In this document: positions 11,664-25,639 of the stretch, piece by piece | Numbering within the stretch: position 1 is the stretch's first letter | Layout: every line of letters begins with the position of its first letter | NCBI GenBank assembly: GCA_030704615.1 | Contig: CM060731.1 | Coordinates: forward strand, 49,042,001-49,106,000 | DNA length: 64,000 nt | Direction: 5' to 3' | Origin: Takakia lepidozioides | Lineage: Eukaryota; Plantae; Bryophyta | Made by a program: the position numbers and the translations under genes | Notes under the pieces: model-generated | The model's database searches: none | Told to the model about the DNA's origin: nothing | What the model saw: only the letters and a program-made list of their open reading frames with translations

Positions 11664-14600
11664 ATGGCAGAAAACCCGAGCGCTATAGTGTACTGCCCTC
11701 CTCACGAGCATAGAGCTACATTTCCGTGCAGAGGGGAGATCTGTCGGGTGATGGAGAAATATCTCTGCGTTCGATACCACCTGAAACCGGGGTCGGTATT
11801 TCTGGAGGAAGAAAGGAAGGATTCAAACGGAGTTGTAGTCGAAAGTATTGTTGTGCTCCACGATGATTTCGGCGACGGCAGGGAATGGCGAGTTCCACCA
11901 TCGGACAACGTCATATACAGGGCTGTTGGGGACTTCATTTGCCCCCAAAATGCGCCTTCTATCCTGCCGCCTTCCACGAAACAATCAGCGAATCAGAGAG
12001 TGGGTACCTCAAAGAGAGAAGTCTGCAACGAAGTAAATCCAGAGCCGAACCCATCAATGAAGACGAGCAAGAACCGGGTTGTTCACAACCTGTCCGACTC
12101 TGACGAGATCATGGAAGTTCCGAGATCATCCTAGAGATCAGGCAAGTCCTCAATGGACATCAGCGGACGAGGGAGTCATATTCCCAGCACGAACATAGCA
12201 GTTCGATCCATTCTTGAAATTCTGCGAGGGCTTCACATGGAGGGACACCGCTCGGAGCTGGCTGGTCTGGACTACAGCAAGTTCTCCATTAAATCCGTTA
12301 CATGCCTTCCCGCAGACGTCGACAGTAATATGTTCTTTGAGTTCCCTCCTCGAACGGACTATTCGAGGGCGTCCGGAATGTTGACAGATATGGATAGAAA
12401 ACATCACGGTCATCCTTGGTGCATCACCAAAACCACCAGCATGAAGATGCTTGATGGTGTGCGGGTGTGCTACGTTGTTTGTGCGGGCGCGTTGCGGTGT
12501 TTCTCCCCAACTTGCTTCCACTTTAAATCCAGAGGTCACAGGAACGAGACGGATTGGACATGCACAGCTCATCAACCATTTCGAGCTCAAGAAAAGGTTC
12601 CAAACTCCACATTTAAGTGTGCGCATTGCAAAGAACCACCACATTGCATGTCTGTTTGTAATGCCAAGCAGTTCTATGTGTTGCACCGTTTCCCTGACCT
12701 CACACGAGCTTGCATACACGTTGGTTCCCATTGTCACAAATTGGCGAGGGGGAACTCGTGGGAGGCTGCCCACGAGGCAGAGCAGCTCGTTCAGGAGGAG
12801 GTTAGGTTGAGACCTGGTGCAAAACCCAAACAGATACAGCTGCAGGCCACCCATAAGATGGCATTGGCCAGAATTATGTCGGAAGACGGCTCCGACAGAG
12901 TTCCTCTCGATGAGAAGGAAATGGAGGCATTGCTGGAGTCGGTGTCCCACGTCTGTTCACCAAATGTCGGAAAGCACATTGTCTCCTGCAAACAGAAAAT
13001 TGGGCGTGGCTCGGATATGCACTCCATTCTGGAGGTGAAGCAACGATGTGGATATGACTACATTCATGGAAGTAGGTTTCTTGGACAAGGGACTGAGGCA
13101 GATCGTTGTTTCGTATTCAAAATGTCCACGTGTGGGCCTGGCAGCGGCGTCGAACTGGTCGACCGGATGACGAGTGGGGACTTGTCAAACAGTTGGGTCA
13201 TGTTCGACCATATCAAGCGAATTACAAATCACCAGTGGGTGACAATGGCTGCACATGTCTACGACACCCACTGCAGGATGCTAATGACAATTGCTATTTG
13301 TGAGATGAAAGGAGAGGACACACAATCGGAGATGGTTCTTTGGCAGGGAATAAACGAACAGATGGCCAGGGCGGGATTGCCCCCTCCCAATTTCCGTGGT
13401 TTCATGGCGGACAACGCACAAGCAAATTGGGCTGCCATCCGAAGGGTGTACGGGGAAGACCCCAATGTTCCGATGGAAGGCAAGGAGAGATCTTGTGGGT
13501 TCCATTTTCTGCAGAGCTTGTCGCAGTACACAACCCGGCTCGTGGCGCCAGATTTCAAAGAGGAGCACCGTTCCATGTGTCTTGCGTGGAAGCGTGCTCC
13601 CACCTTGGATGATGCAGAGACACAATTTGCATATATACGGGCTTGGTGGACAACGTCAGGTGCTGTAAAGAAATCAGACGAGGGAGCATGGCTAGCATGG
13701 TGGCATTATCGTTTCCTCCAGTGTGGCGACTATATGCGGGAGGTGAGTTGGACGAATTCGCGTCACGTTGAATATTATGTTACTCGTTCTTTGTAATTTG
13801 CTTGTAACCTCAACATGTGCATGTGCAGGAAATGTGTCTGGACTCCGACACCGACATGCCGACAACAAACATGGCCGAATTAGTACATTCTTCCTGGCGT
13901 GCCTCCTCTGCGGCGCATCTGGTGGACATCCTCACTGCCACAACGGAGGACATTGTCAGGTCAATTATGCAGCAATGCAGGTACAACGAGTTCTTGAAAG
14001 GGAAACAGTGGGGCTTGGGGCCGGACAGGCAGGAAATGCTGATGCGGACTGCCTCCAGATCGAAGAATCCTCGCAAGTGGGCGGCAGCCTTGCGAGAGGG
14101 CCTTCGGGACACGCCATTGCTTCGAAGAGGCCAACACTTGGAAGGAGATGTTCACGCCCGTCCAGTGAGACGAAGACTTGACGAGGCACCTGGCGGAGAA
14201 GAGGATTCATGGTGAGCTGACAAGAATATTTGCACGCTCCCTCGTGGTCCCGTGATGTTGCCCGAGGAGGTCTCCTCGAGCACTGTAAGTCCTGCACGTT
14301 CAAGATCGCCATCTCCTTTGAGCACAGGGCACGTGCCCGCGGAACATAACGAGCCATCTGTGCAGTACAACATACCCATTGTGGAGACAAGAGTGTCGGA
14401 GTTACAGTGGAGAATAGCAAGGACATTGCCGGCATTTTGAGGGAAGTGCTGCGCCATCCGGGTGATACGAGAGCACACTGTGGTGAGATGATTCGGAGGA
14501 ACCCACACGGTGCTGTACCTGCACCTTGCTTCAGCGGCAAATTTTTGACTCCCACATTCTCTCACGCCACAACGCAGACGTTTTGGTTCTATAGGCACGA

Positions 14601-15212
14601 CATAATGACCTGTGTATTTGGCAAGCCCAAGTACGGGATTCAAGGAATGCCGGAGCCTCCGGACGTCTGGCCTGTTGCACCGGGTTGCAACCTCTTTCAG
14701 AATGAGGCGGATGCTCTTTCTGCAGCAGGATTTCGAATGGTGCAACGCACAGACGTCCCGGCCCACTCGTTTCCAGTTCCTCAGACCCAGCCATTGCAGG
14801 CTGCTCCGTCCAGTAGAGACGGATTGGACAATTCTGCACATCCCACAATGCGATTCGGAATAGTGAAGAGACAACAATTGTCAATGCTCTTGGGATGGCT
14901 TGCACTATTCAGAGCTCCGTGGACGTACCCCCACCCGGCTTTGGGCGTGTTTATCGGATGGCAACGGCCAGCTCAGCTGTATGCGACGACGTATACACAA
15001 TTACGATTGGAGTGGAGCCGACTTGCAATTGTACGGACTTCTCGTTGATGGAAGCAAAGAAGGGGTCAAAGTATTATCCGTGCAAGCATCTGTATTACAT
15101 TTACATGAAGAGGTTGAGGATGAACTTGACTATTGATGACTTTATTCATGCACCAGCGTTGAGCGTGAACGAGCTGCATAAACTACTCCACCGGGATTCC
15201 AGAAATCATTGA
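11664..15212 (+). pseudogene. Element B MULE-type transposase (WRKY/GCM-like DBD, DDE core, C-terminal SWIM finger)
   Basis: HHGHPWC..CAGALRC..CAHC..CIHVGSHCH; WVMFDH, FMADN, CGFH, TTNMAE; CNCTDF..PCKHLYY; intron 13744-13828; premature stops at 12132 and 14213 and later frameshifts. Confidence 0.88.
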
Positions 15213-15484
15213 TGGGGAAAAGGGAATCCACCATATGGATATTTGCAATTGCATTTTTATGCATTAGACTTTGTTTTGCAGTGTAATGAATTGCACCCCA
15301 AAACTCCTGGAATGAGACAGACAATATTAAAATGATGTCTTTTAAACATTAGGGATTGTTGGATATCCGTTCACGTCCAGTGGCAATTCAATGTCGAAAC
15401 AGAATCAATTCAAAGATGGCGGCAGGAAAAATTTGCAAATCTTCCAGAAAACTGAGTTCCAACAGTTGCAGTTGAGAGGGCCAT

Positions 15485-15830
15485 TTCTGGAAAAATGGCT
15501 CCGAATTTCACTTTTTTGGGCCGAAAACTGGCTAAGTCCCAACATTGTCTGGAGATGATGTCTGGAAAAATGGCGCCGAATTTCCAGTTACATGGCCTAG
15601 AACTGCCCAACATTTGTACAATGCCCGGAACCATGTATCGAAATTCGGCGCCACATTTCCAAATTTTGGGCTTACACTTCAATGAAGTTGGGACCTATAA
15701 CCGCGAAATTCGGCACCATTTTTCGCCGGAGTCACCTATTTCCGCGCAATACGTCGCCGATTTTTCTGCTTGCGGAACCTATTACCACGAAATTCGGCAC
15801 CATTTTTGCAAATGTCGCTCGGAATTTACA
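15485..15830. repeat. Degenerate subterminal copies of the element B palindrome
   Basis: GGAAAAATGGCGCCGAATTTCC, GAAATTCGGCGCC, GAAATTCGGCACC variants. Confidence 0.8.
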
Positions 15831-16060
15831 TGAGCGGAAATCAAAATATCATGAGCACGGCTCTCAAAACTACAATTTCTACTTCAAACAATGAATATTA
15901 TATGGGTTTTTTTTTTTCTGACACATCCCATTAAAATAATGTTTTTTATTGTTTTTTATTTGCGGAATTTGTACTTCTGCTCATGAAAACCGATTGTCTT
16001 ACTACTCCGCTCATGCCGCTCATGCTCATGAGATAGCTAACCTCTATCAGAAAGCAGAAG

Positions 16061-19000
16061 AAAGTGATGATCGGTGGCGATCATCACTTTCACATGAGAG
16101 AGAATGCAACATGGGTTGGAAAATCCTTATAATTATGTAGACTGCACAAATGGGAAATGTGATGGTCGGCACCGACCATCACTTCATTCATCAGAAACAG
16201 ACTGCCTATGATAACAGAGGCAGGATTAAGGATGGAAACAAAGACATGATCAGCAGTAACAACTGTTTGACTGGAGAATATCATAGCAGTGGATGTGATG
16301 ATCGGTACTGACCATCACCAAACTGCTGTGTAGCAGAAAAGAAATACAAAGCTTCTCTCAATGAGGCATGACAAAAGTTTAAAGAATGTGCTGGATAGGC
16401 ATATGGCACTGCACCTGTAAACAACACGCATCATCGGCCACTCCCCTCCAACTTGATTGTCGAAATCGTTCGACCTCAATATGTTGCCATCCTTGGAGAA
16501 CTCTCGGAAGAAACAGTACCGCCACGTGAGACCTTTCCACTTTCTAATGTACGCCTCCAAGGTCATATGTGGTGGTGAGACCATCGAAATATTCAAGTTC
16601 TTCAAATTCTGCTCCAGGACAAGAATGGCGCGTTTCTCCAGCTGCAATGGGAACATGTATTAGAATTGCGCATGATAAAGCTATAGGATATTTCATATAC
16701 AACGGGTACTTGAATCCACAAATACCTGACTCCAAAATGTGGCATTGTGAAGCCACTGATCAAAAAACAATATCACTTATTCCCTCGATCTTGGTGCCAG
16801 GCTGGATTGTGCTTTTTGGGAACTGATTCAGATCCTTCACCGTTTGATCCGAGTTCCAATCTCAAGCCATCTCACTTTTGTCTGGTTGTCAACCATAGAG
16901 AGACCCAGCCTGTGCAATTTCTCATGTTGCATCTCTGGATGTACATGCTTATCGTAGTGGGATTTGATTTGGAGAAGGAACTCCTCCCCAAGTCCGGGAT
17001 CCACTATTCTCAATTGCTTCAGGAAGGCCGACATCAGTTTCATTCTCCTTATCTCGTACTCCTTCTTTATGGCTGCTCCAACTCCTTTAGTAGTCCTCAA
17101 CTCTTCTGCTGTAGTGCGGTAGTACTCAGATTTCCCCCTCTCGGCGGTCTCTGCCAGTTCTTGCTACAAGTATCAACGATTGGATTAGTAGACATACAAT
17201 TGAAAATTTGTATGTAATAACATAGGAAGAAGTGGTTTGGGCCATACCGCATACATGTACTCCAAAAATGCATCTCGGGTCAACGAGTACCAGGTCCCTG
17301 CAGATCTTCCTGTTTCGCACTTCTTGATGACATTAGGATGTAGCACTGTGCGGAACTCATCAAGCTTCATCAAACCAATTCTCTGAATGCGGAATAGTGT
17401 GTGGACCAGGCTCGTAGTAACATGTGATTTCTCTGTCGATCTGCAAATAGGGAATACACATTGTATACGTAAGAAATATTTAACGTTTGGACTTGAAATG
17501 CGCACAACATGCAATTTGAAAGGCTATGGGTTTCTGAGGAAGTCCTACTTGTTCACGTCATGCATAGCTGTCAAAAGTCTGGCGATGTCGTTCCCAGGAT
17601 CCAGAACCATTACCTCCACAGCACAATGTTTGTCCTTGTCTTTTGAATGGTGTTTCGCAATGTACCCCATCCAAGCTAGCAAGCGATGGTTCCCGTCCCA
17701 GACATAGAACATGTGGTTGCAGAACTGCTGGGTGTTATGTCCAAGCAGCAACGAGTCCTCGAACTCGTCATTCACATCCTTCCAGCAATCATCCCAGTTG
17801 TCCGTAATCTCTGGGCTCACTTTTGTGCTGTGACCATTAGTATCCTTCAGTGAGACGTAAAAAACTTGTGCACCCATTCTATACCCGTGCACGAAATCTG
17901 TTTCCAACTTGGTAATGTCATGCGAAAGTGGAGGATGAACAACAGGCATGTAGATCATCCGGCAGAGAGGGATTTCAAGACGTCCTCCAGAGACGATCAT
18001 GTCCCTAATAACCTCCTGGGAATTTACCTTTTGATATGATATAAGTTGTTTCACCTTGTCAAGGTAGTGCAACTCAGGCTCGTCAGTGTCTTCGCAGAAC
18101 TCTTTGTGGAGTCGTCCCCTTCTCTAGAGCCCTTTGCATCTGTTTCTGCCTGCTTGGACTTTACATCTGCATACCCAAAACCGCCACAACAGCAACATTC
18201 AACTGGTGTTCAAGAAAACAGACATTTCAACACAGTGACGATCGGTACCGACCATCACTTTGTCTTCTAACAAATGAATGGAAATCCTACTTGGTTTCCC
18301 AATGCACCTTGACTCCGTTCTCGCTAGACTGCGATGATCGGTGCCGACCATAAGGATGATGCAAGCGATGGTCGGTACCGCACATCACCACAAGACAGCA
18401 TTGGGATGCAAACACCCATGAGGTCTAAATGTGATGGTCGGCACCGATCATCACTATAAGTCAGAACCCATTCTATCACTCATTGAACTTGATGTCCTCT
18501 TTTGGATTCTGGGGCATTGCCAATCTGTTCAAAAAGTGATGGTCGATACCGATCATCACAATCGGACTGCCTTGGGAAGCACAACCCATGAGGTCTAAAT
18601 GTGATGGTCGGCACCGATCATCACTATAAGTCAGAATCCCCTCTATTACACATTGAACTTGATGTCCTCTCTTGGATTCTGGTGCATTGCCAATCTGTTC
18701 AAAAAGTGATGATCGGTACCGATCATCACAATCAGATTGCATTAGGAAGCGAATCCCATGACGTCTGAGTGTGATGGTCGGCACCGATCATCACTCTTAG
18801 TCAGAATCCCTTCTTTCACCCACTGAACTTTGTCTCCTTTTATGGATTCTGGCGTATTGCCAAATCGTTCAAACAGTGATGGTCGGTACCGATCATCACA
18901 ATCAGACTGCCTTGGGAAGCACAACCCATGAGGTCTGGATGTGATGCTCGGCACCGATCATCACTTCACAGCAGAATTATGCATTTCATTATATGAGATG

Positions 19001-19570
19001 TAAAGCATAGAAATGGACTTGGAGGCGATGGTCGACACCGACCATCGCTTTTCTGTTTCTCCAATTCCAAATATGAAGTTGAATGGACATTTCTCCACCT
19101 AAAGAATTTCATTGTACAAAGGCTTCCAGTGCGAGATAGGATTTTGGGTTAACATGCAGTCATTGCCGAAAGTGATGATCGGTACCGACCATCACTATTT
19201 AAGTGCCAAAGGATGCACAAACAATGGGAGCTGAATGTGATGGTCGGTAACGATCATCACTTTCCTGAACGACCACGCCATTTCTAAACTGTTCTGAACA
19301 AGAAGGGAATGGACCTCAAAGCGATGATCGGTAACGATCATCGCTTCGACATCATTGCAAGATGCGTCTTTAGTTCCCTGTCACTCTTGAATCACAATGA
19401 AAATCGCATTCTTTGCTTAAATAAAGCAATGGCGAAGGTGATGGTCGGCACCGATCATCACTTTCGCCTTGATACATATTCTTTCCTGCCTGCCTGCCTT
19501 CCTGAATCTGCTGAAATAAGACACCAACTACATTCTTCTGTAAAGCGATGATCGCCACCGATCATCGCTT
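16061..19570. repeat. Element A palindrome sites GTGATG(A/G)TCGG(T/C)ACCGATCATCAC in introns (16061-16320 and 18236-19570)
   Basis: Roughly 20 copies; ~170-bp higher-order tandem unit at 18410-18960. Confidence 0.92.
16416..18072 (-). pseudogene. Element A ParB-MTase-like gene, 5' exons including the ParB/Srx-like domain
   Basis: LEIPLCRM..GYRMGAQVFYVS..FYVWDGNHRLLAW..CAVEVMVL..AMHDVN (17545-18072), homologous to the B and C ParB exons; downstream exons match the B/C middle region. Confidence 0.8.
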
Positions 19571-20878
19571 TTCTCACATCGGGGGACTATTAGTAAAGAG
19601 GGAGAAGTGCGTTTGAGAGAACTTACGGATCCCTTCACCTTCTTCGGCTTCGTGGCTGCATTGCTCGGATCGCCCTCTGCAGCTTTACTCTTCCCTTTTT
19701 CATCGGTCTGAACATAAGAAAAAACAATGTATTGATCCCACATGGAATGGAAAACATCAAGACTAATGATAACAGTATTTTGCGGATATTGAATGATCAC
19801 CATTTCTGTCTGATGTAGGGTTTGCTGACTTCCTCCCGGTATGGCGTCCACTACTCCTCCTTCTGTTGTGTTGTCTTCGTGCATGAACTTGGCTGGCACT
19901 GTTTGGTTACCTACGCTCACAACTCCAGCCGTCGTTGCGACTGCGGCGACCTCACTCTCACTTCCTACATGCTATTCTGCTCGATCTGTCTCCAAGTTCA
20001 CATGCTGCCTAAGCGCTGCACCATCTTGCATGCGACGCCTCGTCATTTGCTCTCTTGATCTCAGCCTCTCTTTAACCGATGTAAAATACAATGATTTCCA
20101 CCTCTTCCGAACCGAACAAGGAACCCTCTCCAGCTTGACTTCCTCTCTTCCTCTAAGAAACAAGAATGATGAACAGACTCGCTTTCTTCCGGGGTCCCGT
20201 CGTTTTGGAAGTGTCCCTGGAACCGTTCGATTCCCTCTTGCGTGTCCAATACTTAAACGTACGTGACAGTGAAAATAGCGTAACCTATTTGGGACAACTG
20301 TTCCTTTGCGCGGTTGTTTTGGGTTCTTGGCGTGTGCAAACATAAATTTGACATGTGTCTTTTTTGTGACGGCTTCATTAATATCACCGTTGGACGTCAT
20401 GGATGAGAATTCTCGAAGTACTTGCCATGAGGCCTACTTAGGATTTAACGGAATATGCGTACGTGGAGAGTTTTGGGCCTAGGGATTGCACGATCTAGAA
20501 ACCATCCACATGATCAGACATACTGGATATAGTCATGGCCTGACAAATGAACTAATTACTTCAATTCTCTTCCCATCATCCCTGCATGGGATCCGTCGAC
20601 GGGTTTTTATTGTTTTGGGGCGACCCCCACAACTAGATGGATTATCTGTCAGCATTGCTCAGAAGACAATACAGACTGCATGTCACATACGTTAATTTGA
20701 CGGTGACTTGTCAGGAACCGTCCCACATTGATTAGATGGAATATCATAATATGCACAATCTTCAAGGAACGGGTGCTTCCACCTCATTTCATGTGCAACC
20801 AGTGTGTTGCATAGCTGAATCATCTGATTTCGCAAAGGAGCAGCTCAGGAAAGAGAACCCCCCGCTCGGGGACGTAAC

Positions 20879-23800
20879 ATGGCTTCCTCCGAAGCAGAGT
20901 TTTATTCTGACGACAAACCAATGCCTTTCTCCAAAGAAGCACTTGACAATGGATTCGCAATTGTGACGGAACATGTCCTGGCTACCCGGTTTGAACTTTT
21001 GAATGGGTCCATCTTCTTGGAGAAAGAGGTGTACGATTTCGACGGGAAGTTGTTGAAATATTCTTTTCAAAATCGTGATGAGACGGCTCATGTGAGCCAG
21101 TGGAGAGTGCGCCCTGGTAGATACAGAGTACTTGGAGAGCCTCGGAGAAAGTCCCTTGGATCATATGTGACGCCCGGGACTGCTGCTTCAGTCGTTGAAG
21201 ACAAAAGGGAGGTGGTGGTGAAAAAAAAAAAAACGTACTCAACTCCAATCGTTGAGCTTTCGGATTCGTCCGATAATGACATTAGTGAAATTCCAACTCC
21301 AGTCCTTTGTACTGTAGTTGTGGAAGCGGATGAAGAAGACATTTGTAGTGTCATTCCAAAACTACGGGCGATGGAAGGAATGGCAGGTTTCAAAAGTGAG
21401 TTGCGGGGAATTGATTGGGAAGCTTTGATGTCATGGTTTTCAAACGGTGGACAACATAGTACATTCTTGCTCCACACAGCGCCAGGCAGGTTGGTACTAG
21501 TTTGTAGAATTTGCAAACGAAAGTGGTTTCCGCTGGAGGAGCAGTCCCAGGCTTAAATGGATTTTCCGCGAGACCCTCCCACTCGCTTTGATTGTGAACC
21601 CCAGACTAAAGAAAGTGTCTGCAATTCAAATTATCACACCTAAGGTGTCCATTGCAAACTGTTCTCCTGAAAACAAGCTTGTCCTCATTTTGAATATTGG
21701 ATGTTTTTGTTCTGCACCATGGGTGCCCGTCGTGTTTCTTGTCCATTCCATGCATCATGCTTGTTATACCTCCAACTCGCGGAGGAGGAGGCAGCTCGAA
21801 TAGGATATCCCCATCAAAAGTCTCTGGCAGGAACTTCGCAGGCACCTACTATGCCTCTCAAAAATTTCGTCCTCTCCTTGGGGGACTGTCCACCTCACCT
21901 CCTGGGAATCTTCTGCCTCTTCTCCCCCACTTTCCTCAGCAGAATCCAAGACAAATCTACGAGCCCGACGGGCTCTAATAGCTGCTGCCTCCTCCCTCAT
22001 CTTCATTTTCTTGAGGCTTGCCTCGTCTAAAATCTGTTGTACACGACTAGGTTCGGAAGACCTCCTAATGGACACCGAAGCAAGCCGGGCAGCATAAATA
22101 GGAAGGATGTAGTCCCTTTCTGGACTAGGCATGTAATCCCCCCTGGCAAAAAAAGGCACGTTCCTCCTGCCCATGAACTCCGGTGTAGACGTCCCTCTTG
22201 CAGTACTTGGCATCCTACAGTAAGAACAAATCCACTTCAAGAATGTCAATACCAGCACAAGCAGAAAGGGTCTTTCAATGAAATAAGAGAGCGAAGGGAG
22301 GTGCCTCACGAAATCAGGAGGCAACTTACAATGCGACCACTCACTCGTAAACCGGGGGCTCCTCGGCCTCAATCCCAACTTGTTCCTCCCCTTGCTCCTT
22401 CTCGGATTTTTCCTCATCCTCCGAGGATGCCTCTTCCTCTTTCGGCAGACGTTCAGCCGTTTGTGTGCATTTCGGCTTCCATAACCATCCTGTCTCGAAG
22501 GTGGATTACATGGAGAGTGTTGAGACAGTATTGAGGTTGATTAAACAGGAGTACAAGAGAAACCCATTCGCAACAACATCCGCAATTGCTCTTGGCGCAA
22601 GCAAGTCCTTCTTGGAAAGCCATATTTTGAGTGAAGGGGATTCTGTGGGGACTAAACTTGACGGTGCAGCACTCGACGTTGTCATGGATCATTTCTCCAC
22701 GTTGAGTTCACCTAACATTCGGCATCAGATCAATGCATTGAGAATGGGCTCTGGGATTAGAGGCTACATAGACAACATTTTGGAATTGAAACGACTGAGC
22801 ATGTACGACTACATCCAGGACAATGTTTTTCCAGGTCAAGGTGCTATCAAAGTTTTTCTTTTCAAAATGTCGACTGCTAGGGAGGGTAGTGGGGTTAGCC
22901 TCGTGAAGCGGATGCAGAAGACTGGGGACCTGCAGAATTGTTTTCTTATGTTTGATCATGTGAAAGGAGTGAAAAATTGGACGACAATGGCTTGTCATGT
23001 GTACGATCCAGTGTACCAACGAGTTATGACAATTGCAGTTTGTGACATGCAATCCGAGGATACCGAATCCCAGAAGCTCATGTGGAATTCCCTTGTACGT
23101 GTTATGGGCTGCCATCTCCAAATTTTGCTGGTTTTATGGTAGATAGTGCTCAGGCAAATTTCAATGCAGTTCGAATTGTCTTCGGATCAGGCGACCCAAA
23201 AGTGCCAATGCTGGGAAGAGAGCGTACATGTCTATTCCATTGGACACAATCTTTGGAGAAACATACAAAATCGGACATCAAACCAGAGATGCAGACACAG
23301 CACCGTAAATTGTGCAAAGAGTACAAAGATGCTAGAACAATGAAGGAGGCGGACACTTTGTTCCAGACAATTCGTGCCTGGTGGTTCTCTTCTGGAGCTG
23401 CATCGCTTGAGAGTATGAGAGCATTGGAAGATTGGCTAGCGTTTTGGCACTTCCGGTACAGACAGTGGGGAGCAGCCATGACAATGGTGCGAGGCTTGTA
23501 TTGCTAGCTTTATTCATACATTTACTTTCCAAATTTTTCTCTCATTGCTTTCTTTATGTTGTTCCCTGTGCACTGTTCTGAAGTGTGGTTCTGCTCTTTG
23601 CAGAACATGTCCATTGAGGAAATGGCGGACATGCCATCTTGCAATTTGGCAGAGACTGTGCACAATGCATGGTTGCAACAGTCTGGGAAACGAGGTCGGG
23701 ATTTGTATGTGGCAACAACAGATGATCTGATACGTGCCTTGCAACAACAAACCAGATACCATGATTTCTTGCGAGGAGGGGCTGGTGGCAAGGGTCCGGA

Positions 23801-24980
23801 CAAACAGGAGTTGATGTTGCATGCTGCAAATAGATCTGGGGATCCAAGCAAGATAGCACGGGCGGTGAGCATGTATGCCCAGGGAACGCCACTTGTTTCT
23901 AGGGTTCCACATCTTGAAGGGGAGAAGAGATTCGGCTCATGTAAGAGGAAATTGAACACCCCACCTGGTTCGGATTTCGATTCGCACATGGCAGATCGTG
24001 ATAATTTCTCGAAGCCTCGTGTTCCCCTGCATGGCAGATCCATGTCCGGAACCTCCATTCTGGAGGAACCTCCGACTCGACGGCAGGCTCCAACATCTAA
24101 CAGTGCCACTGAAATGGTGTAGGAGAGAAACTACCCCTTGATGTGCTGGAGTCCGACCACGTTTGGCACATAGAACGCACAAGTGCAGGGTCTCGTGTGA
24201 AATGTACATTGATCAGGGCAACTAATTCTGAGAAGTGCACTTCATCTATATCCAGAAGCGGTGCCCGGACTCCTGCTCCGACTTTCACGGGTTTGATGCG
24301 TCCATACGGCCAACCAGAAGCAAAGAACCACAAGTTCTGGTTCTGCGCAGATGATTGTGGTAGATGTGTGCATGGAACTGTGCGTCCTTCCGTGGTGATG
24401 AAGCCAGCTCCTCCAACCGTTTGGCCCGTCAAGGTGGGAACACATCTCACAAGTCAGGAGATTGCAATGCTGGAGGAGGCAGGCTTTTCCCTTGCGAGAC
24501 AACCCCTACTGCATACATGTGTTTCTACTTCTGCGTCCTCTCGGGTCCCCCCCGACAAATCCTCACTTGTGGCCAACCAAACGAGATGGAAAGCTGGTTC
24601 GGCGTTTCCCTCCAACCGCTGAACACTTCGGCAAAGTGAAGTCCACACGAATGCTCCAAGCTCGTGTTGCAAGCACCACGGAAGTGCCCGATCCAAGATA
24701 TGGTCGGGTGTACACAATGATCACTTCGACATCTGCTGTTCATGACAGGGCCTACGACATCACGGTTTCCAATTTTCCCAATTGCACATGTCCTGATTTT
24801 GTGAATATGTTATCAACCAGTTTGGGCAAGAGAGGTAAATTCATAACCTACAAACATTTGTATTTCGTATTTTTGAAGATGATGGTTTGCGATCCCAAAC
24901 GTGACAACTTCGTTCACCATGCCACTCTGAGTTTCAACGAGGTCGATACTCTATTGCAGCGGGATACAACACATAGGTAG
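20879..24980 (+). pseudogene. Element A MULE-type transposase, rearranged
   Basis: FLMFDHVK, FMVDSAQAN, CLFHW, SCNLAE, CTCPDF..YKHLYF; intron 23487-23603 at the same position as in B and C; DBD segment inverted; stops and frameshifts. Confidence 0.88.
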
Positions 24981-25639
24981 CATCAACTATGCCATGTGGT
25001 ATATGGATGATCATGCTATGAAATGTGCAATTTGCAACATTGTCATGGAAATTCAATTCAAATCAATTCGTTTGCAACATCGTCGGCGGTGCAATGATAT
25101 GGTGTCCCTTATCCCTCCATTATCCTTCCAACTATACTGAGTGAGCTCTAAGTGGCAACTTTTAAAAGCACATTCATCATTGCACCGTTCGAAGTGTACA
25201 TGTCTTCCTGTCGCTATGCACTGCAACCAACTTTTGAAGATGATCCTAACTCTCATTGTTATTTGGGGAGGGAGCAAGGTCTTCCTGTTGCAGCCTCTAT
25301 GGCGCACACTTTGTGAGGATATTTCAAACCCTTGTAATTATAAAAGTGAAACAAACATTTGTAATTGCACAATGTTGGATGCTGCAATTGTAGGCCTCAT
25401 GGTAGTCTTTATTGTACTCAGCCAAGGATTCCCTTCATTATTCCCACGGTCATAGGACCATCCTCGGTTATAGGCGGCGCATGTTCATGCTGACGTGGCA
25501 GATGACAGTGCAGGGCCACGTCAGCATTTGCCGCCACATCAGCCTGCTTACATCACACTCACGCCACGTCACTCCTGCGTGAGCGTATGCTCGCGCGCTC
25601 ACGCGTCGTTGGCTCACGCCATTGCGTCGTTGGCTCGTG

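Larger units (their letters stand above)
2395..16044 (+). mobile_element. Element B: complete 13,650-bp MULE-like transposon
   Basis: Left TIR GGGGGCTGCTATTTCATGAGC (2395-2415); right TIR GCTCATGAGATAGCTAACCTC (16024-16044); identical 9-bp flanks TATCAGAAA at 2386-2394 and 16045-16053; internal MULE transposase. Confidence 0.95.
1..25635 (+). mobile_element. Element A: older large MULE-like transposon, left end outside window, right end eroded, interrupted by element B
   Basis: Same layout as B and C once B is removed: ParB-MTase-like gene on minus (99-2346 plus 16416-~19900), palindrome array, transposase on plus (20879-24980). GCTCACG subterminal-like repeats near 25590-25635 but no intact TIR or TSD. 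Confidence 0.75.
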
